From Tricharina praecox (Eukaryota), in contig NW_026250445.1 in assembly GCF_024521635.1 (NCBI RefSeq), forward strand, positions 1 to 64,000: a DNA stretch of 64,000 nucleotides, given 5' to 3'. The position numbers and the translations under genes were made by a program. Each line of letters begins with the position of its first letter. Within the stretch, counting starts at the first letter, position 1. The notes under the pieces were generated by a model, which searched no databases, was not told where the DNA came from, and worked only from the letters and a program-made list of their open reading frames with translations. Below, in pieces: positions 47,601 through 60,270 of the stretch.

Positions 47601-48273
47601 CCGGTCCCAAGTAAGCCGGAGTCTCGGACCATCTCCGTCGATTCTGCTGCGAATACGGTACCTGCGGGGCAGCCGGTGCGGTCGAGGACGATCTCCTAGC
47701 GAGGTCTGCCATGGACGCCATGTAGGCGCTCGCTTCAGGCGCGAGAGACGTCGGCGGCAGCGGCGCGGAGGCGGGGGGTTGCGACGCCATCGTCCGTGTC
47801 CAACCCGCGTCCTCATCGTAAGTCACCACCGTCGCCGGCGGGGGCTCGGTCGTATCCTGCGGATTCCCATGTACGACATGTCCATGCGTCATCGTCGTCG
47901 ACGCAATCGCCCTTGCGGCGTCCGGATGCGCGCCATCCACCGCTTGCGGAACAACACTCTCCGCCGAAGCCGCCTTAGTATCCCCCCTTCTCCACAGCCG
48001 CATTCCCAAAAACCTCCCTTTGTCCCTGTCCTCTTCCTCTTCGGCCAGTGTGGACAGGTCTCGCGTTCCCGACGGGCCTCCTGCAGCAACAGGCGGGGAG
48101 TTCCCTCGGCTGTCGAAAGGCCGCTTCGTCAGTGTCTTCCTCGCGGAGGTCGACGGTTGGCTCTGGTTCTGGTTATGGTTCGGTGATTGTGAGTCCGGCG
48201 CTGGCATTGGTGGTGGTGTTGGCGGGCTGCCGCCGAAGAGGCTCCACCGGCGCCTGTGCGATTTCGTAGTCAT
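44665..48273 (-). CDS. Large proline-rich, probably disordered hypothetical protein, 1202 aa
   Basis: 3.6-kb uninterrupted ORF. No recognisable globular domain; many PxxP and RRxS/T motifs. The 3' end could be spliced differently. Confidence 0.7.
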   Translation of the reverse strand: MTTKSHRRRWSLFGGSPPTPPPMPAPDSQSPNHNQNQSQPSTSARKTLTKRPFDSRGNSPPVAAGGPSGTRDLSTLAEEEEDRDKGRFLGMRLWRRGDTKAASAESVVPQAVDGAHPDAARAIASTTMTHGHVVHGNPQDTTEPPPATVVTYDEDAGWTRTMASQPPASAPLPPTSLAPEASAYMASMADLARRSSSTAPAAPQVPYSQQNRRRWSETPAYLGPAVPVEIVAMPDVTQYIPPRQRKLQPPSLVPLAEGPVQPGMPPRRPPQIPPAGTPMPSRPVSIVDAPVVSTVPLPPNLVSQASEPIVPRVPWPTEDPAIPDPYLISRATEPVIPTYDRPPSTGPKPSLSPAFNIAPPPLPNNSLPNSHARRHTWVNIRPVLADLHEEHAHDAFRVDTQSRRRQPFLDAHMEEQDPRHHAPGNTTPTRNSLDSGRGTSQTSTPKSANRRHSMTLDSPGGSLAQPQDERWAQEQDERRAQMEGFGELPKSTARASVPMPAFAVGPPVAVSRPWEPELGPLTFHGKRLETTPLARSASQIARPAELHSDHIPAVRIGNEAVPSALIPGRHNKRREATEVRIEDVRAPETPHPLNREDLATADLEDAVPSVRENITRRQTEPVPILPSQSEVGRSVRPRAVTSVTMPPSLTVIPPSPPAPVTPTFAPELYGRHSEEQSSLGQMVQGGLGASSSSTVPHEESMTETATQESSPQSRIVSRSGSPMGPAPAVPVYTPPPAPPPPSLPPITPPTPGTPSTATWTSASSSVEDLLSLEPAPVLVPPERAPPPPPMVDAEPSPPLTPTKPPPMVLTRTSPVTSFVMEPPAVETFAPKVVTPSAQTPAPPTAGPPSPPTRAPPLPPNRVPPPPPTRAPPAPPPRRGTRRKLLATPEVTSPTKTPLDATQTTYPLPSRPPPPPPLPHKQSSTSPSPSATPTRKPSAAPSTPSPTSPPAPSPPPRPPAITVPLQLYPVGTWPSAPRLPESPALPLPISNPTNLTNPASPTSPTDPTAPPPLPPKPLPYLCKHSAEEPTATELAAVIDTFAPPSPMSFGGSSDGGYHSRSRGNSHSRCNSGSSGDIPPPPPPTAQMGAELPAETLQVLPFRGAANGSANGNRNANGNGNGNSHGNSGDRYHPHPQRKTSRRTRLRNALAEANAGQDGLVQGEGDGTNVVLGQAGQERVGQERPVRREMTVGRKAVGGSGRGV

Positions 48274-51200
48274 GGATCGGATCGTGCGCGTACGACAGTC
48301 AGTTTATGTGCGAGTAGGAGTGTGGCAGGAACATTCGCCGCATTGCAGTCTCGGAGGTGGTGGTGATGGTGATGATGGTGGTGGTGGTACGTAGAATAGT
48401 AGGCAGGATGTAGTCGTCTCGAGGGATGGGGCCAGAGGAGGAGACATGTTGTGTGTCTAGGCGTCAGCGCACCGCAAGGCTCACCGGCAGGGCGCGCAGG
48501 GTAATTGCAGGGAGGGCCAGACTGGGGCAGTTGGAAGGGGGTGGGCGCTGCGCGTGCGAAGATGGGAGCGCGGGGTGATGCGTGTGGGTGGGTGTAGGAT
48601 ATGCGTGTGCTACACAGCTCCGATTTTGGTTTTGGAGGGTGCGGTGCAGTGCGCATGGCACTAACAACGAGAGCACTGCCTGCTGAATTCTGGCTAGCTG
48701 CATCGAATACGGTGTTGGATAGCGAGCTGAAAATCAGGGCGAGCTGCGTGGTCGCGAAGACGTCGATTTGGTCCATCTACCTGTGACGGGATGCAATATA
48801 GAGTGACATAAGTACGGGGTGAAATTGGTAGTTACATAGAAGGAGAACGTGAAGGCGAGCCCCCAAGGTTGTGCGGCATTCTATGTAAGGTTGTTTTCTC
48901 GGGACCGAACCGGGGCCGGGACCGGGACGTGGTGGGAGGGGGCCGCTAGGAAGGCTTATTTCCTTCTGGTTGACCGGTGGTTACGAGGGTTGCACAGGAC
49001 CGAACACCCGTGGTCGGTGTGGACGGTGGTGATTGGCCGAGCAATTGGTTAACCTAATAATAATTGTTATAGTCATCGAACGATCGCTGATCAGCTCATA
49101 GCCTCATACAGAGCATCATAGGTAGCCTACGGTACTCATAGTAGCTGTAAATAATATCTGGGAGCGATGGAATTCCGTGGGCAGTGCGACCAGAGACCTG
49201 CGGGAAGAATCACGACATGGCGATATTCCGATTCCCCGGTAACCAAGACCCCAAGAGTCTGACTGACGCCTCCTCCTGCTGACGTTTTGGCAAGATTTAT
49301 CAACGGCCATCATGGAACATTGAAACGTCGCCCTTGCCGAATGACATGAATGACCTGAAACGTGACTGCTGCCTACGCCGGTTCGACGCTTCAAGAGTTA
49401 GTAGGGATAACTACTATAGTACCTGGTAGTTATGGTACATATACTCTATACGATGTGGCGAAGCCGAGAGCACGGCGCCATTCGAGGAACCACCTTTCCT
49501 ACTAGGTAATATAGGTAATACTATAATAGGAACAATAGTAGGAATCAAATCATCGTCTCGCGGTAAACAAGCTTCAGCGGGCGTCTAACTATCTGACATC
49601 CGTCGTTCGGCAGATACATAATTACATATGCACAATATGGAGTACCTGCGCCGCGCATGTACTAGTATACAAACACAGCAGCTGAGCTGACTGTGCTTGG
49701 TGACAGTTCTGCGTTGCGGACCTGCGGTAGCGGTAGCGGTCCGGTCGATCCGGCTGGCCGTGTTTGCCAGAAGTATCTACTGCAGTCTGCCTACATGATA
49801 GTAGGTAGTAGTAGTAGTGGACTGCGCTTCCAATGAGGAGAACTGGTAATAGACTACCTATAGTACTATAGTATCTATAGCAGATGTAAACTTGCAGCGG
49901 CTAGGTATGTAGGCTCTATGTAGAATACCGGTAGTAGATCCCAGTCCCGCCACCCTCATCGAGTGGTTCCGAGCTCCGGTAAAATCAGCCGTCATGCCTA
50001 CCTAGTTCATACAGGTGCCACTACTGTAATAACTACCTGCCTACTAGTAGTTCACGCTCACCGAGAATACGGTAATGTAGAAGTTCGCTGGTGTATCCGA
50101 ATCGGTCGTGACCCGTGCATCCTTATGTCTACTTATGGCGAGCTCGAGAATTGAGATGGCAAGAAATGACTGGATAAATGGCCTACCTATTTCGCGGGAA
50201 ACGTGCGTACCGGTATTTTGCCGGTTGAACTGTCGGAGTGCGCGTGTACTTACTTGGGTAAATAGTACTATTGGCTCTAGACTCCCTTCGATCCTCTAAA
50301 ATCCTACCTACCTACTCGGGCCCCTACTACTACATAGATATATTAGGCATCTGGTGAGACGGACTGGATATATAGTCTGGGTGATAGCCACTCCAACATC
50401 CCGATTCCGTTGCAATAGTGAGTGGCGCAGCAACTTCCACTGTCCAGTGCATACATGATGATCCCTCCGCCTACACATACTGCAGTCGTTGAAAATACCT
50501 AGGTAGTCGATCCAAGATATAACGGGGAATCCCTTGAACTCCCGAGCTTCCCTACTGCCCTGAAATCTAGTCCCCTCGGGCTTCCTCCTTCCTCGATGGA
50601 TTGTTCAGCCAAACGCCACACGCCACACGCGCGCCATGGTTCAAACTTCAAACCGACCCACCCTCTACCCTTCTCTGCCATGCCCTTCTTCAACTCCGCC
50701 TCGCTACTCTGGATTCCCACAGTTTGGGACTCTGGCGACCGATGCCGACTTACCGAATAGTAGATACTCGTTTGCAGCCGCCGTGAGATGTCATGCCGTA
50801 ATGGCTAAAACCTTTCCCCGTAAGCGCGCGAACCACCACCAGCCTTCTCGCCTCGGTGATTGGGTCGCGGGGAGAAGCAGTTACAATCGCGGCGCCGCGT
50901 TCTCCAGGAACTCATCTCCAGTAACTGGTCCGTTCCCTCGCCGCCAGTCGGCCACCGGTACATCCCTCCACGCGGCGCGCGCACTCCGCTCAAGTCCGCT
51001 GCCTCAGTGCCTCGCGCGCAATGGCATGTTTCTGCAAAGCCGTGCATCCATCCACTCTGGCTTCACCACCCGCAGCTTATCCAACTCCTTCCGAGTTCCA
51101 GACTTCTCTTCCTGCTCCCCGGTGCATCTCTCTGCTCCGGCACCGCCACACCATTGCTAGGAGCAGCTTTGAGCCTTCGGCAGACTGTAGACATCAAGAT

Positions 51201-52323
51201 GAGACGCGAAAGCGCGATGTCCGGATGGTCGACCGTAGCCGGCGATCTTTGATTCCTTCAGACCGTCGAACTGTCGCGACTCGCTGCTGGTTCGGAGTCC
51301 AGAAGCGGGAAGTGCATCTCTATGACCGTCATTGCATGGTGCTGACTGTGCTCTTTGTTCGGACGGAAAGGTAGCGCAATGTCCAGAAGGGCGACTCGGT
51401 GGCCGATCCTTCCTCCGCTTCCGGATCGGAATAGCTATTATGGCCCGTGGGGAAATGCCTAGTTCACCGTATTAATGTTCTTACTCTGTGGATGGGACCG
51501 ATGGGTACTCGACGAATCGGAGGGGTCGCGGCGACGGAGAGGTATGTACTCACTTATGTACTACCTAACAGTGACCACTGACAGCGACGTAAAACGTGCG
51601 CAACCTCGCAGCCAGTGCCAGTCGTTAGGTATTGACTCATCGCCGAGACACCGGCATTGCATTTTTACCGCACTCTATGTAACGCAGCCTCCTATGTACC
51701 TAGGCTCCTACAGCGGTGGCGTGTTGTACGGCATGAAGCGCATGCACGCCCAGGCACCGCCGCATCGTGGATTATGTGACGGTGACACACTGCGGATCTC
51801 TCATTCTCTGATGGCTGAAGATTGGCCGAAGCTTGGCCGAAGCTTGGCTGAAGATCGGCAGTGGGGGGGGTCTTGGTCTCTTAGAGATCGAGTGCGACTG
51901 CTAACAGGGCGAAATAAGCGAACACGGGCCAAGAACGGACGGAACGAGTGATCGGCCTGTTCGGCCAATTGCGGGTTTGTGCCACGTAGTCAGCTGGATA
52001 GGTAGATCCGTGTAACGAAGAGCGTTGTCGCCCTGCGGCCCGCCGATTCGGCGGCGGCCGGTGCTGGGCACTGCGGACATGTATGCGGCTGGATATCTGC
52101 ACAACGCAGATGAATCACGATACCTAGACGGCTACAGCTGTCAATATTGTGTGACCGGTGTCAGCCTTCAGGTGTTGTTGCGGTGGAAACGCCAGCCTCT
52201 GCGAAGTGCGAACTCTTCTTCACGTACGAAGTCATCGTGTAGAGTGCCTTTGCAACATCGAGTCGGTCAACATCCCCCCCGCCGCCCCACCCCCAACTCC
52301 CGATCTGCGTCGCACCCGCAGCA

Positions 52324-54507
52324 ATGGATCATCCCCGAATAGTCGTGGGCATCGACTTCGGTCCTCTCCCCGTCCGCCCCTCACACTCACAGCACTAACT
52401 TCTCCAGGAACCACCTACTCTTCGATAGCGTGGGCCACGACCTCATCACCCACGCACATCAGCCTGATCGCCGCGTGGCCTTCGGCAGGCGCACGAACAC
52501 ACCACAGCACGCCGAGCGAGATATCATACCACGTGTCTGGGAGCACTTCGTCGTACCTGTGGGGGTACGATATCCCGTCGTCGCAGCAGCGGCTAAAGTG
52601 GTTCAAGCTACTACTCGAGACCGACGACGAGGCGGCGCGCAGCGCAGTGCCGATTCCGCCCGGAATGAAGCCTACCGATGTTGCGAGAGACTTTTTGGCC
52701 GCACTGTATCACCATGCTATCCAGACCCTGTGGAGGATCAACTCTGCCAACGTGATGCGCGCGTCGAAGGTCGACTTTGTGGTTACGGTGCCCGCGGTCT
52801 GGACTGATGCCGCGAAGAATCGTGAGTGCGAACTACTGGCGAGGGGCTGCAAGGGCTGGGGTGACAGGTGATAGGTACAAGGTTGGCGGCGGAACAGGCG
52901 GGGATCGCGGGCGAGCACGAGTTGCAGCTGCTATCGGAACCGGAGGCCGCCGCGATATATTCCATCAAGATCCAGGAGTCGGCGGCGATCAGGGTTGGCG
53001 ATCGGATTGTCGTGTGTGATGCTGGGGGAGGTACGTTCGTCCTCCCATCTACTTCGCTACCACACTCATCTGAGTCCTGGATGACGTACTACATATACCT
53101 GCATACCTAACCTCACCCAGGCACAGTTGACCTGGTAAGCTACAGCATAACGTCTTTACACCCGGTGCTTCGGGTGTCGGAATGCTGCATCGGCGACGGC
53201 GACTTCTGCGGCAGCACGCAGATCGACCGGAACTTCGAGCAGCTCCTGGCATACCGCATGGGAGCGCACTACACCCGTCTGCGGCCTGAAGTGCGCAACA
53301 GGATCGTCCGCAATTTCGAAGAGGTCAAGTGTGCGTTCGAGGACCGCCCCGAAAAGGAGCGATTCTTTGTGCAGATCCCCACGTTGGATACCGTTGATGA
53401 GCCTGGTGTCAGGATTAGGGATGGCGAGTTTGAGATTACGAGGTGGGTTGGCTGGTCGGAGGGGGAGGTGGTGTGGGATGGTGGAGAAAGCGACGGCGGA
53501 GGGGGCTGATATACTGTACTGAATACCTAGGCAAGAGCTAAGAGGCCTTTTCGATCCGGTGGTGAATAAGATCATCCAGTTGGTCGCCAGCCAGGTAGAG
53601 CTCAGCTGCGCAGGCAACCGGTTCCGCGTCAACGTATTTCCCTCCCCTCCTCCCTCCAACCTTCTTCCGCTGACAGAAACGGCGTAGTACCTCCTCCTCG
53701 TCGGCGGCTTCGGCGAGTCCCGGTACCTATACAAGCGGCTGCAAGCCTGGGCGTCCATTCAGGGGATCGAGACATTACAACCGCGGGACGCGGCGACGGC
53801 AGTGGTCAAAGGCGCGGTAATCCGCGGCCTCGACGTAGCGATGGGGGCGCCCTCCGGATCCGTCGTGCGTCTCTCACGGCGCAACTACGGCACGCCCATG
53901 AGCACGCCGTTCATCGACGGGCGGCACTCGGAGACGGACGCATACCTTGACCCGTTCACGGGCGCGAAAATGGCAAAGAACCAGATATCTTGGTTCATTA
54001 GACGTGGAGACCCGCTCTCTGATGATACTAGGGTGGTCAGGGCGTTCACGAGGACGTTCAGGAAGTATCAGGGCCCGTGGGTGGATACAATGGTGGCGTG
54101 TGAGCTGGATCCGCCGCCCGGGACGGTGGTGGATGGTATGTAGCATACCACTTCCCCTGCCGCTCGCTACCGAGTTGACGACACCCACTAGACGTAAAAA
54201 CCATCTGCACCATCGCGGCGGATCTCGCGGACGTGAAAAAGAGCAAATACAGCCGCAAATGGCGGTACTTCCGGCGGTTTTACGTCGCTTGGTGCGCGTT
54301 CCCCTCTCCTCCCTCCACCGCCAATTCCCTAGGTAGTTCATCGCTGACTCCGATACGCCGATACCCCACAGTTACACGCTGGATCTTACTGTCCTGTCTG
54401 GCGAGATGAGGTTCGAACTGGTGTTTAATGGCGAGAGCTATGGATTCTGCAGGCTCGATTTTGATCCTGTTAGTGGGGATGTGCAGGTTCAGAGATCTGG
54501 TGTGTAG
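52324..54507 (+). CDS. Non-canonical Hsp70-family (HSPA12-like, actin-like ATPase) protein, 571 aa
   Basis: Exons 52324-52360, 52408-52821, 52875-53030, 53121-53442, 53531-53633, 53688-54135, 54192-54291, 54372-54507 (1716 nt). Motifs IVVGIDFGTTYS, WFKLLL, VVTVPAVW, SEPEAAA, VCDAGGGTVDLVSY, LLVGGFGESRYL, AVVKGAV, RRNYG. Confidence 0.92.
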
Positions 54508-55849
54508 GGGCTCGGGAGGAGGGGGGGTTGTGGGTGCGGGTGTAGTGGGAGAAGTGGAAAGTGGAGGACAGTAGAGTTGAGTGCCTGTCGTCACCCGTGA
54601 GGGAGGTGATATTTGGGATTTTGAATTAACCTGGGATATGATGTTATGACTGTTTTTTAAATTCCACAACCGTAATTTGTAGTATTTAGAAGCTGTCTGG
54701 TGGGATCGCCCACTGACCTGTTCGTAAAATAATGCCGACTATTTCGACCGATAAGACTTGATACTCGTCTACACAACGACAGAACTAGAATGACGGTAAT
54801 TTGATATTCACTATATATCTAGAGACTGGAGTACGCATGGTAGCGATGTAGAAGGATTCATCGCAGCTTCGCCGGATAGGGCCGAGTGAGGAGTGATGAG
54901 CGTGTCATTGGATCGCGCTTACGCAGAACTCAAGAAGGTACATAGCATAGATTCGCTCCAGCTGCTGGTTGGTCCAGAACTACTAGGGAGGTAGTACACA
55001 CTCCTTCTTCTTGTTGTTATTGTTGTTGTACTGCGGTCTACGTGTGCAGCGGTCTGCGCGGCGCGGCAATTTCTCCCACTATTTGTCCCACTAACTACCG
55101 CGTTTGTGCTGAAAATAATCCGACGATGCTTCACGCAAGCGCAAGGCGGGGGGTATTCCACTCTCGCAAGACTTTTCAGAAAGGCTTCTATCGCGCCAGT
55201 AGCCGCCATTCACTCTGACCTCAGCTCAAAGCTCATTTTTTCTCCACTACCTTACCCACCAACCCACAGCTTCCGTCTTCCCTTTTCTTTCCTTCCCTTC
55301 CCTTTCCACCATCCATCCACTGAACACTCCACCAACAACTCTTCGGCATACAAGCGATCAGCAACAACACGAACAACGACAACAATAACCATGTCGCCGC
55401 AGCCCCCCAGCTCGGCCGCACCCCCTCGCCGCCCAGTTCGCGCAGCCCTCGGGCACCACCAAGAAGAAGAAGTCTCAGTCCCCGGCCGCCGCGTCGATAC
55501 TCTCTGGGCGCGCCGCATGTTCGAGTCGCTCGCTCGCCGACGATAGCAAGGATCGACGTCGAGCGCATCGGCCTCGCCGAGAACGATAGGCTGCGCGCCG
55601 AGCTCGAGGAGCGCGCGCCAGGAGTAGCTGCGCTGCTTCTATCGAGATATGAGGTACGATGGAGCAAACGGGGATAAGATGTCCCGCCGAGTTCGCTAAA
55701 GATGCGCAGCAGGTATACATACCCCCAGTCGGGCGGCCGGGATCATTATGGTTAAAATGGGGGCTGGAGGAGGAGGAGTGGCGGGAGGGGCAGGAGAAAG
55801 GAGGAGCCGGAGGAGCCGGTGTATTAAATGCCCGGAATGTAGGTAGAGT

Positions 55850-55855
<6 letters not shown>

Positions 55856-55882
<27 letters not shown>
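55856..55882. repeat. (GA)n microsatellite
   Basis: Read directly from the sequence. Confidence 0.85.
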
Positions 55883-55889
<7 letters not shown>

Positions 55890-55953
55890 AGGGAGAGAGA
55901 ACATCAATTTATTTCGCATGAGTACGTAAGCGTCCTGCAGAATTCGTCACGGA

Positions 55954-57893
55954 TTAGTTACAGCCCTGGGCTCAAACTTCTTGATAGGTACGCCAAACAT
56001 CCGCTTCCCCTTCCGTTTTATTGATGAGTGGATGCCTCTATGTACGGTAGATACAGTACAAGGGATAATAGGATTGGTTTCCCCGCCAGAATGTGGAATA
56101 CGGAATAATGGGCGCGGCGGTGCGGCGGTGCGGCGGTGCAATGGTGGCAGGTGCACGCTTGGAGCGGTGAATGGGAAGTGCTGGCAAGGTGGCGTAATCA
56201 GGGAAGGCTTGGAAGGAAAACGGCGGAAATGAAAGATGATGAGGAAGGTGAGGTTGTATTCAACTTCGAAGAGCCATCTAAGTACCTAATACATGTGGCT
56301 CTCCTCCGCTGCGTGTGTTCGGTGTCACTCGATCCGACTAACCTCCACTGCTCCCATCTTATCAGACCCTCCATCTATCCTCCATGTGCTTCTCTCATGG
56401 CGGTGACAGACGACACAAGGGAAAGAGAGGGAAGGCTAGGGAGAGAAGGCGAGGGACCTGGGAGAGAAACGAACAGGAAACGAAACGAAACGGTCGGTGT
56501 CGCGGCCGGGTGGCTGTAACTATGAATGTACCTATGTGGGCGTGTGGGTATTGTGGCGGTTCGGTATCTACGCGGTTCTGCGAAGCTATGATGGATACTC
56601 ATACATCATACATCATAGAATAGCATTCATCATTAATGGCGGTGCATCGCCTCAAGCAATGGTAAAGTAATGGCATCCGTCATCCACGGCGGTGAATCGC
56701 CTCAAGTGCTTATAATCATCCGAGATCATTCGAACCATCTCCAGTTCTCCTCCGCTTTCCACCTCTGCAACATCTCCAGTCCTCCACCACTTCCCAATGC
56801 ACCCTCACACTCTACAAGTCGTTGCAGTGGGTGTAGGGGTCGTCACCACCCGCTGTCGCCTGGTTATCGAACTCGGCGCGAATTGTGTATTTGTGCCGGC
56901 CGCCACCATCCTTTGTGGCCGCGGCTATCCTCCGCTGAACACCAGTCATATCCGCCAGCCCCTACTACCTCTCGTGCTAGATGGATGTGATAATTCTCGT
57001 ACCTTCGAGCCGTCATCGTCGGCATCTTGAGCTGGATAAAATCCAAACTCTTCGTGCGGCGAAGACCGTATGCCCTCATCACGTTTTGCGACTTCTAAGT
57101 CAACCGGGGCCTCTTCTTCTGCTGCAGAGGCGTCGGACATAGCGAGCGGAACGTGTCGCAATGGTCCAATGAGTCCTTGGTCTGGAGGAGACAGATCAGA
57201 AGCCACAGATCCATGAGGCCATTGGCCACAGGCGTACCCGTCAGGGCCCAGCGTGAATGAGCCTTTACGGCGCCGACGGCCTTGCAGTTCGCGCTCTCAA
57301 TGCTCCGGATGGTGTGAGCCTCGTCCAGGGCTATCGGTGTGTCGTTTCTCGGTGCGTCGTTGCAGTCGATGTACACATTCCGTGCGGAATTCCATACGCC
57401 CTTTCCCTCAAGGACACACCTCATGGCATGCTCCAACCGGAGGAAGAAAATGCGAATTGATGTCGTGGGTAAGTGAGAAGATGGGCCATTATTGGCTAAG
57501 AAGATGAAGACGATGTTGTGTGTGTTGTGTGAAAGAGAAGAGGGAAGTAGACTCGTGCGAACCGGTGAATATATAGGTGGAAACATTCCAAGAGCATTGA
57601 ATCGGCGCTAGCGTACTCTTAGCGTACTCACACGTGACCATACCCTACCCGTCGGCTGGAGTGACTGCTCACGATGTATGATTATTATGAGGTTGTGAAT
57701 ATGGAAATCACTATCTGTGACTAGAGATTCTGTCAAGTGTTCTAATAGTCTTATTCACTGACAATAGGTAACATCGCCGGCTGATGATGATGGGTGATGA
57801 TGGGTGATGATGGCTGGTGATGGCTGGTGGCTGGAGGTGCAGCTGCTCACTCGGTCACCTTATTACTCATCCCACTTCGTCTTTGTTCGAAGA
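55954..57893. repeat. Dispersed ~1.94-kb repeat, copy 2 (direct copy of 12506-14465)
   Basis: Same termini and collinear internal sequence as copy 1, with many substitutions and small indels. Confidence 0.9.
57095..57490 (-). pseudogene. SNF2-family helicase fragment inside repeat copy 2
   Basis: IALDEAHTIRS...RWALTGTPVANGLMDLW; truncated and frameshifted relative to copy 1. Confidence 0.7.
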
Positions 57894-59746
57894 TCCTAGA
57901 CTATGGCGAACCAACGCACTCCTTTTTCTGTCCGTTCTGGCCAGTCTAGGTAGAAACACCAGTCCCGACATCGCGCATCACGCATCGCGCATCACCCCTC
58001 CTCCATATTCCAGACTTCCAGTTTCCCAAACCCGCATCCAGCAGGCCGATATACATCTCAGCAACTGGCAGGCTGGCACGCATCTTCAAGTTGTCGCGCC
58101 ATCGTGTAGGCTCTACTATACAGTCGTCGCCCCAAATCCATGTTCGTCGGCAATGATGCCTAATGGTTCGATTATTGCCAACCATGGCACATCAGTCGCT
58201 TGGTTCTCGGAGCATTATTTTTCCAAGATCTTTCGGTTTTCCTTTGGAGTAGCTACCTACATCGTACCTATTCAATATCGTTTTTGTGACGTGAAAACAC
58301 TGTAAAAATGTGACCGGATAAAATCCATCCAATTACTGCATCAGTCGTTCATTCATCAGTTATCACGCGTCTGCCTACCTATCCCAGACTAGCTTCCATC
58401 AGCCTTGGCACTACCGCAGACTTCTCCATATCCCCATCTTGTATGCAGTACCTTTCTCTTCTCTAAGCAATCTATCTATCTACCATCGTATATCTCCAAC
58501 AATCAATAATCGCCACCGACGAGTGATCTTTGATGGATAATTGTAGGTACCCATCGAATTGGCGCTCCTCGAGAGAATGTGTCGTTTCCGTCGGGAAATA
58601 GTAAGGCTCGCTGCGCTGTCGAACTCTACGACGTTTGTAATTTTCCATTGATCCTTAGGCACTTCCAATGCTGGTACCGGATGCAGAATGCCGCACCTCA
58701 GGCCCACCGCGTCGAGGGTACACAAGAGTTAGAAATTGATGCGATAGGGAGTTAGGAAACTGTAGATATATATTCGCGAAGAATGAAAAGGCACGCCATT
58801 GAGCACTACACAGGTATTTATTTAGTTTGCGAAAAAGCTCCGCAGCCAATAAACCGACGCCTTCAACGCCTTCGACGCCTTATGTCTACTCTATGTAGAC
58901 GAGGACTCAGGAGTTCCGAATTGCACGGTCCAGCGTCCGCGGAGTGGACGCGTCCGAATCCGTCATCTAGGTTCTAGAGTCGAGGCGAGTCGAAATAAGC
59001 AATTCTTAGACGCAGGCGGTAGTTAGGCTCCACTCGTGTGGCGTATTCATGAGACATCACTCGCACGCTTTTATTCGTCGACAACTCGTGACTCCGTCTA
59101 TTTGCGGACGACAGTGGGAGAACGGGAGAACGCAACGCAACGAGGCCTTCAGGGGTTTTTCCAGTTCTGTATGTATGCCATGCAATCGGACGTTTCTGGC
59201 AATGGGGGTTATGAGTTGCAACCGCTGTGGACTTTCCACAAACGCATTCGAGTTCGACAGAGCTTTCCCCTGGGCCTTGGTGCGGAGTTCAAACCCAACA
59301 ATGTTTGGCCACGCCCGCCAAGGGCGCCGTGCGACGTAGGTGGGTAACTACGCTCGTCGCACGATCACGTTCGCATCCGGCGAGTTTCCGCTTGCTGCTG
59401 CTGTTGCTTGTCAAGGCGAGATCACCATTTAGCCCCCTTTTTTTTTCTTCTTTTCTTCTTTTTACCGAAGAGCTTTTTGACGCTGCTGGGGAGGAGGGGG
59501 GGCGGGCTGGGAACCAGTTAGCTCCGTTTCCCCAACTTGCGCTGCATGTCTGCGGCTGATCGGTTCTCAGACGGTCAGACCTCCTCCTCCTGGGGAGCCT
59601 GGAGGGGGTGTCTCACCCATCCATCCCACCCGCGCGGTCCGATCCTCCATGGCTGTGTAGAGTAGACGACATATAAACCTGCGTCGTCCGCCCCGCCGCT
59701 CACCGGGCTTGCGTACCCCTCACCGCCGCGCACCGATATATACACC

Positions 59747-60270
59747 ATGAAGTCCCCCGCCACGCCCACCACGCTGCTGTACCACCTCCTCCTCCTGACC
59801 GCCGCCAGCTACACATCCGCCTTCGCAATCTTCACGCACACCGAAGTGTGCATGAGCCGGGACGCGGACCCTTCGACGCCGCCCATCACGAAAGAGAGCT
59901 TCGACGCCGCGCTCGGCACGTTCGAGCGCGCCACGCCAGAGCAGATCGTTACGGGCGACTACGGCGGCTGCTGCAAGGGCTTCTGTGTCCGCGCGGAACG
60001 CCTCTCACATTACGACTACTCGGACCGCGTTGATCCGCCCCTCATCATTCGTACCCAGGCCCTGGACGACGGCGTCGAGCGCTTAAGGAACTGTGTGGGC
60101 ATCGCGGTCGAGGGAAGGGTCGCGCTTTATGGTATGTTCACCCCCGACCCATGTGTGTACGGGTGAGACCCGCGGCTGACCCGTTGCGTGCTGCAGACTC
60201 GACGTGGGATGGCAGGATCACGCTGAGCTTTCATCCGAACGATGCGCGGGCGAATCTGACGAACTGTTGA
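59747..60270 (+). CDS. Small secreted cysteine-rich protein, 152 aa
   Basis: Exons 59747-60131 and 60197-60270 (GTATGT..GCTGAC..CAG intron, 459 nt total). Signal peptide, 6 Cys, ends in ANLTNC*. TATAAA at about 59672. Confidence 0.82.

Noticed and set aside
55391..55700. Coding-like GC-rich stretch starting MSPQPPSS after an A/C-rich leader
   Set aside because: Stops after about 51 codons and needs frameshifts to continue; no recognisable homology.
57875..57900. cttcg-N8-cgaag hairpin followed by CTAG as a plus-strand Helitron 3' end
   Set aside because: The CTAG lies outside the sequence shared with copy 1 and is followed by A, not T.
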